Positions 24,688 through 31,629 of a stretch of 46,151 nt of DNA are shown here, in pieces. A program made the translations under genes and the position numbers. Position 1 is the stretch's first letter; each line of letters starts with the position of its first letter. The DNA is from a virus. Below the pieces are notes generated by a model that was not told where the DNA came from, made no database searches, and saw only the letters and a program-made list of their open reading frames with translations. Location: the IMG/VR virus record IMGVR_UViG_3300045988_148061. One strand, written 5' to 3'.

Positions 24688-25476
24688 TTAATCGTAATAT
24701 TTCCATTCAAGTCCTCCAGTTCTTTTTCTTCTTCCTTTACAACATGCAGTTATATTTGGTATACCTACATTATATTTCCTACTTGCATCAGATAAAGAAT
24801 CAAATATTTCCCCAGTAGTTACACAAATAATCTTTCTAGCCCAAGGATTATCTCCTCCAACTAATTTCCCTCTTCTTGATACACTTATTTTTTCTTTAAC
24901 TTCATCGGTTTTACTTTTCCCATACATTGGAGATTTTTCACCTTTTAAAGCTTTACTTATCTTATCTTTCGTTTCATTTTTCATAGTGCGTCCAATAGCA
25001 GATTTTCTCATTTTTTTAATGCTTTCTTCTGAATGTTTCTTCCCATAAAAATGATTATTTTCCCCACTTTTCATTTCACTAAGTTTAGCCCTTGTTTCTT
25101 CACTAACAATTCTTCCCCTACTATACTCAGCCAATAATCTTTTATGTTCCTCAGAAAGCTTCTTTCCAAATCTAGGATGTAGTTCTCCACTTCCCGTTCC
25201 TTTCCCTCCTTCGCACAAATTATAATAATCCTTGCTTCTAACTGCATTATTTATAAAGATATATTCTTTTTCTTTTTCATATGCTTCATCTTCGCTATTA
25301 CATACGAATACTATTTTCTTTTCAAAATTATTTATTCCATACTTATTTATAGCTTTCATTAAAGCCTTACCACTTCCCATGTATCTATCTTTACTTATTT
25401 CACAATGACAACTTCTTTTCCCTATATATTTTCTTCCATTAACCAAATTAGTTATTTCATACACATAATGATTCAT
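24688..25476 (-). CDS. Free-standing GIY-YIG homing endonuclease (I-TevI/Seg-like)
   Basis: YVYEITNLVNGRKYIGKRS (GIY...YIG), three NUMOD3-like repeats (HPRFGKKLSEEHK, NHFYGKKHSEESI, SPMYGKSKTDEVK) and a C-terminal HTH-like module. Confidence 0.85.
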   Translation of the reverse strand: MNHYVYEITNLVNGRKYIGKRSCHCEISKDRYMGSGKALMKAINKYGINNFEKKIVFVCNSEDEAYEKEKEYIFINNAVRSKDYYNLCEGGKGTGSGELHPRFGKKLSEEHKRLLAEYSRGRIVSEETRAKLSEMKSGENNHFYGKKHSEESIKKMRKSAIGRTMKNETKDKISKALKGEKSPMYGKSKTDEVKEKISVSRRGKLVGGDNPWARKIICVTTGEIFDSLSDASRKYNVGIPNITACCKGRRKRTGGLEWKYYD

Positions 25477-26095
25477 TTATATCAATCCCTTTCAAATATT
25501 CCCTTGCATGGTAATACAAAATATCATTTATAAGCCTTGCACTATCTTCTTTTTTGCAATATTCAATACTTATATCATATTTAGCTTGTAATGCTCTTAA
25601 AATTGAATTAAAAGCCCTTGGTGATACCTTAGAAGCTTTATCAAATCTGAAATATTTTGAAGATAATATTTTACTGTGCATATTATCAACTTCAACTAAT
25701 AATATTACTTTTATATTTTGTTCTTTTGCTCGTTCTAATTCCCTTTCTAATCTTGTTTTGCCTTCTTCATCTTTTTTGTCAAAGAAGTTACAACACAATT
25801 CATTCAAATCTTTTTTTCTTTCTATAACTATTTTATCTTGAAAATTAATAACTTCACCACTTGGCAACTGCACTGCTATAGTATAATCTCCAACTTTAAG
25901 ACCTTTTTCTTGAATGTAGTATTGTATAGGATCTGAATAAGTAGATTTTTTACCTCTATACATATCGTGATGTGATACTTTATACTCAAAGCCTTCTTCA
26001 AATTTATTCAGTATGTGCTTATTGATTTTCTCTCGACTATCGACCACAACCTTATAAGCACACTTTTTTATATCAATTCCTTTTTTCTCCCCCAT
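25457..26095 (-). CDS. ERCC4-type (XPF/Mus81-like) nuclease
   Basis: VVDSREK...VGDYTI...VIERKKDLNEL is the ERCC4 signature. The last codons overlap the endonuclease start. Confidence 0.6.
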   Translation of the reverse strand: MGEKKGIDIKKCAYKVVVDSREKINKHILNKFEEGFEYKVSHHDMYRGKKSTYSDPIQYYIQEKGLKVGDYTIAVQLPSGEVINFQDKIVIERKKDLNELCCNFFDKKDEEGKTRLERELERAKEQNIKVILLVEVDNMHSKILSSKYFRFDKASKVSPRAFNSILRALQAKYDISIEYCKKEDSARLINDILYYHAREYLKGIDINESLCV

Positions 26096-26106
26096 TTTAT
26101 GCCCCC

Positions 26107-26205
26107 TTAATTATTTCTGTAAAAGTTTATAGTTTTATATATTAAATACATCACAAATAAATCAAATCCTGCTATCGTTAAAATTAAATCATTAAATAAA
26201 TTCAT
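26107..26205 (-). CDS. Small hydrophobic peptide (32 aa)
   Basis: SD GGGGGAAGG. Product MNLFNDLILTIAGFDLFVMYLIYK... Confidence 0.3.
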   Translation of the reverse strand: MNLFNDLILTIAGFDLFVMYLIYKTINFYRNN

Positions 26206-26236
26206 ACCTTCCCCCTATACTGAAAAATAAGGGCAA

Positions 26237-26923
26237 TTAAACCTCTACTTTTTTAGCTTCAAGCCCTTCCAACTTAGCTTTTAATGTCATATAATCTTTC
26301 ATTGATATATCTATTACATTATTCTTATAGTCCCTTTTAGAAGCTTTTTCAACCATATCATCACTATAGCCTTTATCGTTAGCTATTTTATAAAGTGCTT
26401 TTACCATAGCTTCTGTAACTTCGCTTCTCGTTGATTTGATTTTATCTCCAAATCTAAAACATTCTTTACCTTTACTATCAACTATAACTAGCATATTTAT
26501 TTCTCTATCATCATTATAGCCTATTTCTTTAACTTCAAATTTTTCATATTTATTATACCCCATTGAAGCTGGTATCCATATAAAAGGCGAAGTATATAAT
26601 TCTCTACCTATCCCCAAGTTGAAACACGCTCTTTTAAAACTGTCTGATACTTGCCCTTTTTCTTTTTCTGTATTACTTTCAGTTCCTACATCTTGCTTAC
26701 TTATCCAGCAATTCCTTTTTTCACTCCACACTCTTACTGTGCAAAATAATTTACCGTCTATAAGCTGGTGCTCTCTTTCCCAACCGTCAAACCCAAATAC
26801 TTCATCAAGTATTCTCATATCAACCCTAGCATCTTTGTAAAGCAATAAGCTAATTCCCTTCCCTTCTTTAAAAGTCCCTATTCTACACTCTATTTCATTA
26901 GCTTTTAGTAATCTTATCTCCAT
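26237..26923 (-). CDS. Rad52/Sak-type single-strand annealing protein
   Basis: DARVDMRILDEVFG..GW...QDVGTESNTEKEKGQVSDSFKRACFNLGIGRELY matches the Rad52/22 family core. Confidence 0.7.
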   Translation of the reverse strand: MEIRLLKANEIECRIGTFKEGKGISLLLYKDARVDMRILDEVFGFDGWEREHQLIDGKLFCTVRVWSEKRNCWISKQDVGTESNTEKEKGQVSDSFKRACFNLGIGRELYTSPFIWIPASMGYNKYEKFEVKEIGYNDDREINMLVIVDSKGKECFRFGDKIKSTRSEVTEAMVKALYKIANDKGYSDDMVEKASKRDYKNNVIDISMKDYMTLKAKLEGLEAKKVEV

Positions 26924-26925
26924 TC

Positions 26926-27030
26926 CTATTTACCTTCCTTTATCTTTTTGTATTGTTTTAAATGAAAAAATCTTTTATCTGCTTTTACTCCAAATTCCTT
27001 TATAAACTCTTGTAATATAACTATACTCAT
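26926..27030 (-). CDS. Hypothetical peptide (34 aa)
   Basis: SD GAGGGAG. Tightly spaced with its neighbours. Confidence 0.35.
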   Translation of the reverse strand: MSIVILQEFIKEFGVKADKRFFHLKQYKKIKEGK

Positions 27031-27046
27031 TTTATTGTACTCCCTC

Positions 27047-27268
27047 TTATTTATTCTCCTTGTAATATTCTAAGTCCTTTAAAATATCCTCTATTTTAGC
27101 CTGTAAGCCCTCTAGAAAGTAATCTTTGTTTCTATATTCATTGTAAGATTTTTTGTGCTTCTTATCAGCTTCTACACCTTCAAAATTAGTCCATATGTTT
27201 TTAGACTGTTTTAAGTATTCTTCTTGAAGCTTTAACCTTTCATTTTTAATAAAATCTAATTCCTCCAT
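27047..27268 (-). CDS. Hypothetical coiled-coil protein (73 aa)
   Basis: SD AAAGGAGGGG. Confidence 0.5.
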   Translation of the reverse strand: MEELDFIKNERLKLQEEYLKQSKNIWTNFEGVEADKKHKKSYNEYRNKDYFLEGLQAKIEDILKDLEYYKENK

Positions 27269-27304
27269 TTTATCCCCTCCTTTAAATGTCTTTTCACCTC
27301 TTAT

Positions 27305-27335
27305 GGGCTAGTATTGAGTGTCCCCAACCTAGCCC
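27305..27335. repeat. GC-rich hairpin GGGCTAG-N17-CTAGCCC
   Basis: Stands out in AT-rich intergenic DNA upstream of 27047..27268. No T-tract follows on the coding strand. Confidence 0.6.
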
Positions 27336-27343
27336 CATTTGTT

Positions 27344-27490
27344 TTATATTGAATAGCCCATACTTTCTATTGTTCTTTCTATCTCTTTTATTTCATCTTC
27401 ATTATCCCAATAAAAACTTATATCTGAAAATAATTCTTTAACCTTTTTACAATCTTCACACTTGCAAGTTTCCCAATACCCTTCACACAT
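27344..27490 (-). CDS. Small Cys-containing protein (48 aa)
   Basis: MCEGYWETCKCEDCKK... Confidence 0.4.
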   Translation of the reverse strand: MCEGYWETCKCEDCKKVKELFSDISFYWDNEDEIKEIERTIESMGYSI

Positions 27491-27491
27491 T

Positions 27492-27632
27492 TTATAAACC
27501 TCCTTTTAAATCTCTTTCATTCATTTTCTCATATTCCTCTAATTCAAAATCTTCATAGTCTAGGGGAGTTTCTTCTACTCCCTCTAGACTTTCCATTTCT
27601 TTTATAAAAGCATCACTATCGAATTTATACAT
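27492..27632 (-). CDS. Highly acidic mini-protein (46 aa)
   Basis: MYKFDSDAFIKEMESLEGVEETPLDYEDFELEEYEKMNERDLKGGL. TAATG overlap with the upstream stop. Confidence 0.45.
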   Translation of the reverse strand: MYKFDSDAFIKEMESLEGVEETPLDYEDFELEEYEKMNERDLKGGL

Positions 27633-27787
27633 TAGCAGTTACCCCCCTCTAACTTTTTTTTATTTTTCTCTATTAAAAATTCAAGATGTTTAACTTCTTC
27701 CCATTCTCCTTCTTCTTTTGCCCCTACTAATCTTGCTTCGCAATCTCTTATAGCCATTTCACAAGTTCTTATTTGCCATTTATCCAT
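27632..27787 (-). CDS. Hypothetical protein (51 aa)
   Basis: Start trimmed to the ATG at 27787 after AAGGAGG. Confidence 0.45.
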   Translation of the reverse strand: MDKWQIRTCEMAIRDCEARLVGAKEEGEWEEVKHLEFLIEKNKKKLEGGNC

Positions 27788-27877
27788 TTTCAATACCTCC
27801 TTATTTCCTTTCCCTCTTTCTATATTTATATTATACCCTATTTGTTGTATGTTATGCAACATTTATTATAAAAAAAA

Positions 27878-28075
27878 TTATTTTATTTTTATTTCATTTA
27901 AGTCTATATCCAACAAGTCAATTAATTTAAGTAAATTCTGTATTGGAATATTTTTAACTTGATTATTTTCATACCTAAAATAAGTTGTTCTGTCTATGCC
28001 TAGTATTCTAGCGACTTCTATTACTGATAATCCTTTTTCTATTCTAGATTCTTTTAATATTTCTCCTATATTCAT
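27878..28075 (-). CDS. XRE-type HTH regulator (65 aa)
   Basis: GLSVIEVARILGIDRTTYFRYENNQ is an HTH_3 motif. First gene after a consensus-like promoter. Confidence 0.8.
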   Translation of the reverse strand: MNIGEILKESRIEKGLSVIEVARILGIDRTTYFRYENNQVKNIPIQNLLKLIDLLDIDLNEIKIK

Positions 28076-28107
28076 TGCTTACACCTCGTATTTTTTATTA
28101 TACAAAT

Positions 28108-28136
28108 ATTATACTCATTAAGTGCATATTGTACAA
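28108..28136 (-). promoter_or_regulatory. Sigma-A-type promoter TTGTAC-N17-TATAAT
   Basis: Read on the minus strand, about 30 nt upstream of the XRE start. Confidence 0.6.
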
Positions 28137-28274
28137 CAACAAAATAAAAAAATATACCTCCAATTTAGGAAGTACATTTTTAAGTCAATAGAATTTTACA
28201 AAATCTTAGTGTTAAAAGTGTTAAAGGAGTTTCCCCCTTTTTCTTTAGATTTTAATACTACATATAGCAATATA

Positions 28275-28283
28275 ATTATAACA
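28275..28283 (-). promoter_or_regulatory. Extended -10 element TGTGTTATAAT
   Basis: Same core as at 20631. Sits just after the stop of 28289..28459. Confidence 0.4.
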
Positions 28284-28288
28284 CATAA

Positions 28289-28459
28289 TTAAATATATTT
28301 CTCTAAGATGGAATAAATTTTTTCTAGTTCTAATTTAGTAAAAGGAATTTCACCCTTCAACTTTCTTCTTAGACTGTTATATGTTATATCTAACTGTGCA
28401 GCTATCCACTTCTTTTTTAATCCGCTTTTCTTTATAGCTTCATTTATTTTCTCATTCAT
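28289..28459 (-). CDS. Small HTH protein (56 aa)
   Basis: KKKWIAAQLDITYNSLRRKLKG. Start trimmed to the ATG at 28459 after AGAGGTG. Confidence 0.55.
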   Translation of the reverse strand: MNEKINEAIKKSGLKKKWIAAQLDITYNSLRRKLKGEIPFTKLELEKIYSILEKYI

Positions 28460-28469
28460 GTTTACACCT

Positions 28470-28862
28470 CTATGCAAATAGTTGATATATTGCATATATT
28501 AAAGCAATTATTAATATATAAGTTAAGCATCCCCAACTTGCTTCACCTTTTTCAACTTGTTTTTTAAGCACTTGATAAGTTTTCCAGTCCTTTTCCTCTA
28601 GTTGTATTGTAAGAGTATCTGACCTTTTATCTTGCTTATTAAACTTTGGCTTATACTTATTAATGAAATAGACTTCCATAACTTGTGCATCAGATTTAGT
28701 TTTCCATTTTATATATTCTATTTTTGCCACACTAGAATAACATTCTTTTGGTAAATGACCTTTTGTAAAATGCTGATTCATTCTCTCGCTCATTTTTTGC
28801 CCAGTATAGCCTATATAAATAGTGTTGCCATACTTATCTTTAAATCTGTAAGTATAAGCCAT
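28470..28862 (-). CDS. GIY-YIG nuclease domain protein with a C-terminal transmembrane anchor
   Basis: YTYRFKDKYGNTIYIGYTG...RMNQH...EVYFINKYKPKFN (GIY-YIG core), followed by the hydrophobic tail WGCLTYILIIALIYAIYQLFA. Confidence 0.6.
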   Translation of the reverse strand: MAYTYRFKDKYGNTIYIGYTGQKMSERMNQHFTKGHLPKECYSSVAKIEYIKWKTKSDAQVMEVYFINKYKPKFNKQDKRSDTLTIQLEEKDWKTYQVLKKQVEKGEASWGCLTYILIIALIYAIYQLFA

Positions 28863-28874
28863 TTAAAACACCTC

Positions 28875-29813
28875 CTATTCCCTTAAATAAGGCTTCAACA
28901 TTTCATCTATCTTTTCTTCTTCTAAATAAAATATTTGAGTTTCAACTATACCTTCACTATTTTTTATTTTGCATCTACCTTTTACATTTATATCTTGTAA
29001 GTTATAGCCTTTACCAATTAATGTATCACTATCTGTTTGGTCGAATGTATGAAATCCTACTATTTGACTGCAATTCATTTTACATCTACCTATAGTTTCC
29101 TTTGTGCAATCTTGAGTAGCTAATAAAAAGTAAATTCCATAACTCGCACACTTGCTCATAATTAAATGAAGTTTATCTTTGCAATCTTTATCACTTACAA
29201 CTTGAACTAATTCATCTATAACAACTATTATATAACTAATTTTTACATCATGCTTTTTATTATAATTTATTACATTTCTGCAATTAGCTTCGTCTAATAT
29301 ATCAGCCCTTTTATTCATTTCTTTTTCTAGCCATTTTATTTGAGCCATAAATTCTTCTTTGTTTGTACTCATACCTAAAAAATTATTATAATTTCTAAAA
29401 TAATAAACATCTGCTTTTTTATAATCACAACCTAAAAAACAAACTTCATTTCTCGTATATGTTTTAGTTATATTAGTTATAAACACATTTAAAAAGCTTG
29501 ATTTGCCCCATCTAGAAGCACCTCCAACTATTGTATGACCTTCTAACATATCAAAGTTTTTTAGATTCCCTTCTAAATCGTATCCTATAAAAGCCTTTAC
29601 TCCTTCTTTTTCACCTTCAATAAAAGTATATTTAACTTTATTTAATTCCATTTCAATATCCTCCCATTTCCCAACTGGTATATATTCATATTTAACTATA
29701 TTATCAACTTCGACAACTGGATCTAATTCAATTCTATTACTATCATAAATCACTTTGCACACATAAGCTAAACTTCCTGCTATAGTACCAATTAATAAAT
29801 TTCCAATTACCAT
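28875..29813 (-). CDS. FtsK/SpoIIIE-family ATPase with an N-terminal transmembrane helix
   Basis: Hydrophobic N terminus VIGNLLIGTIAGSLAYV, Walker A GGASRWGKSS, Walker B IIVVIDEL and the downstream ATQD block. Confidence 0.7.
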   Translation of the reverse strand: MVIGNLLIGTIAGSLAYVCKVIYDSNRIELDPVVEVDNIVKYEYIPVGKWEDIEMELNKVKYTFIEGEKEGVKAFIGYDLEGNLKNFDMLEGHTIVGGASRWGKSSFLNVFITNITKTYTRNEVCFLGCDYKKADVYYFRNYNNFLGMSTNKEEFMAQIKWLEKEMNKRADILDEANCRNVINYNKKHDVKISYIIVVIDELVQVVSDKDCKDKLHLIMSKCASYGIYFLLATQDCTKETIGRCKMNCSQIVGFHTFDQTDSDTLIGKGYNLQDINVKGRCKIKNSEGIVETQIFYLEEEKIDEMLKPYLRE

Positions 29814-29855
29814 TAGCACTCTCCCCTTTAATCTGCTACAATATAAGAAAAATAT

Positions 29856-29884
29856 ATTATAAAGAATTTATATAAAAATGATAA
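29856..29884 (-). promoter_or_regulatory. Candidate promoter TTATCA-N17-TATAAT upstream of the FtsK-like gene
   Basis: Read on the minus strand. Confidence 0.4.
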
Positions 29885-29906
29885 AAATATTAGTAGTAAT
29901 AGTAGT

Positions 29907-29939
29907 AGGTGGAGCATTAACCCCACCTTTATTTTTTTA
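29907..29939 (+). terminator. Plus-strand-oriented hairpin plus T-tract inside a minus-strand operon
   Basis: AGGTGG-N10-CCACCT followed by TTATTTTTTT on the plus strand. No T-tract follows on the minus strand. Confidence 0.35.
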
Positions 29940-29942
29940 CCA

Positions 29943-30065
29943 TTAATCTTTCCATTCACACTTACAATCCCTACAAAACCATTTATTACTAAAATAACAA
30001 AAGCTTATATTTCTACCTTTACATCTTTTACAGTTGCAAGTGAAACTTAAAAAGTTTTTAATCAT
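29943..30065 (-). CDS. Zn-ribbon mini-protein (40 aa)
   Basis: MIKNFLSFTCNCKRCKGRNISFCYFSNKWFCRDCKCEWKD. SD GGGGGGA. Confidence 0.5.
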   Translation of the reverse strand: MIKNFLSFTCNCKRCKGRNISFCYFSNKWFCRDCKCEWKD

Positions 30066-30135
30066 ATAATTCCCCCCTATATTAAAGCTACTATAATAGC
30101 TATATATCCCAAATAAGTAACTGCAACAATACCCA

Positions 30136-30357
30136 TTAGAAACTTCCTTTCTTTTTAGCCACTTCAAATCCTCCACAAGCTTCTACAACTTGAAACTTAT
30201 AATCATTGATTAATATATCCTTTAAACTGTAAAAGTCGTTCTCTGTGCCTTCTGAAGCTTCTTGACATATGTTTTTAAAATCTCTGTAACTCATATTATC
30301 ATTGTGAGTTAATATAGCTAATATTTCATTTTTATTTTCTAAAGTATATATTTTCAT
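30136..30357 (-). CDS. Hypothetical protein (73 aa)
   Basis: SD GAGGGGGA. Confidence 0.5.
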   Translation of the reverse strand: MKIYTLENKNEILAILTHNDNMSYRDFKNICQEASEGTENDFYSLKDILINDYKFQVVEACGGFEVAKKKGSF

Positions 30358-30435
30358 AGTTAATCCCCCTCATATCTTATATAACGTTTTGTTACTTTAT
30401 TATATGTATAAGTTATAAAAATGATACATAAGTTT

Positions 30436-30473
30436 ATAAAAATAAAAAGCTATAGAAAATTAATCCTATAGCT
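30436..30473 (-). terminator. Rho-independent terminator
   Basis: Minus strand AGCTATAG-N10-CTATAGCT followed by TTTTTATTTTTAT. Confidence 0.7.
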
Positions 30474-30484
30474 TATTACGCACA

Positions 30485-30697
30485 TTACTTATACATCCAA
30501 TTATCCATACATCTCAATTCATCATTAACATCATCTAAATACAAGAATTCTAAATCATTTTCTTTCATATAATCTTGCATTTGAGGCAATATATTTTCAT
30601 CCTCATAAATACTTTTATTTCCATGTATTATTTCTACAAAGTCTACTCTACCATTTGTTCTAAAATAAATTCTATAACCATATTTTTTAGTTTTCAT
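30485..30697 (-). CDS. Hypothetical protein (70 aa)
   Basis: ATG after GGAGGAAGTT. Confidence 0.5.
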   Translation of the reverse strand: MKTKKYGYRIYFRTNGRVDFVEIIHGNKSIYEDENILPQMQDYMKENDLEFLYLDDVNDELRCMDNWMYK

Positions 30698-30715
30698 AAC
30701 TTCCTCCAAATTTCA

Positions 30716-30733
30716 TTAAAAGTTTTATTTTAA
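30716..30733 (-). repeat. Intercistronic palindromic motif, instance 7
   Basis: ttaaaagttttattttaa. Confidence 0.65.
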
Positions 30734-30744
30734 TAACTTATTTA

Positions 30745-30945
30745 TTATTTATATGAATCTTTGTACATTTTCTTATATTTAAGAACATCTTGAATGGTCT
30801 TATCAGTATTATCACATCGTTTACTTCTAAATATTTTTATATATTCAATTCTTGCTTGTCTATAGCAGTTTCTATCTTGTCCATTCGATATATCTAAATT
30901 ATCAAATATAGCTAACTTACTTGCTACCTTTTGAAACTTATTCAT
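30745..30945 (-). CDS. Hypothetical protein (66 aa)
   Basis: ATG after GGAGGAAGTT. Confidence 0.5.
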   Translation of the reverse strand: MNKFQKVASKLAIFDNLDISNGQDRNCYRQARIEYIKIFRSKRCDNTDKTIQDVLKYKKMYKDSYK

Positions 30946-30962
30946 AACTTCCTCCTATGCTC

Positions 30963-30978
30963 CCGACATTAATGTCGG
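30963..30978. repeat. Perfect 16-bp GC-containing palindrome CCGACATTAATGTCGG
   Basis: Lies between motif instance 8 and the SD of 30745..30945. Confidence 0.8.
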
Positions 30979-30990
30979 TCCCAAACCATC

Positions 30991-31008
30991 TTAAAGACTT
31001 TATTTTAA
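30991..31008 (-). repeat. Intercistronic palindromic motif, instance 8
   Basis: ttaaagactttattttaa within the shared block ...aattagaatttac. Confidence 0.65.
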
Positions 31009-31113
31009 TTAGAATTTACTTCTATTATATTGCATCCTTCTATCTTCTCTTTTAAATTCAACTCTTGCTAAATACATATTCATCACCTATTTCCTCTCAA
31101 AAGTTTCATTTAT

Positions 31114-31338
31114 TTAGAATTTACACTTATCAAAGTATTCTATACTGTACATATCAGTATGACCTTCATACACTTCTATCGTAACCATATCGCAAGAATC
31201 AACTTCTAATACTTTATATTTATGTCCTTCTTTTAGCCCAAATTCATCTGTGTTGGCAACCACAAAATCACCTACACCAACTTCTACATTTTCTAAACTA
31301 CTATCATACATATTTAACATTACCTTCATAACTTTCAT
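31114..31338 (-). CDS. Hypothetical protein (74 aa)
   Basis: SD AAGGAG. Ends ...CKF-stop inside the shared AAATTCTAA block. Confidence 0.5.
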   Translation of the reverse strand: MKVMKVMLNMYDSSLENVEVGVGDFVVANTDEFGLKEGHKYKVLEVDSCDMVTIEVYEGHTDMYSIEYFDKCKF

Positions 31339-31344
31339 TTCTCC

Positions 31345-31360
31345 TTAAAATTTTGATTCT
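31345..31360 (-). repeat. Intercistronic palindromic motif, instance 9
   Basis: ttaaaattttgattct, directly 5' of the AAGGAG SD. Confidence 0.6.
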
Positions 31361-31368
31361 ATTTAAAT

Positions 31369-31539
31369 TTAAAACGGCAATAATAAATCTATTAACTTTT
31401 CTTTATGCTCATTACAAAGATATACTCTATTTCCTAAATCGTTTGGCTTTGTATCTTCTGTAAAATCTATAAGTATAATACTGTCATTATCGCAACATTC
31501 ACATATATGTTTATTATCATCAAATATTCTAATCATCAT
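31369..31539 (-). CDS. Zn-ribbon-like mini-protein (56 aa)
   Basis: MMIRIFDDNKHICECCDNDS...LCNEHKEK. SD GGGGGAAG. Confidence 0.45.
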   Translation of the reverse strand: MMIRIFDDNKHICECCDNDSIILIDFTEDTKPNDLGNRVYLCNEHKEKLIDLLLPF

Positions 31540-31629
31540 ATCTTCCCCCTATCGTAAGTAATGAATAGAAAAATGCTACTAAAACAATATAAATTAATAC
31601 CCCTAATATAATCTTCATTAGTTATCCCC

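Noticed and set aside
24561-25476. Group I intron carrying the GIY-YIG endonuclease within the ERCC4-type gene.
   Set aside because: The upstream ERCC4-type ORF is complete, with its own C terminus homologous to the downstream fragment. The downstream piece is therefore a duplicated remnant rather than a second exon. I also could not identify intron-like paired elements by eye.
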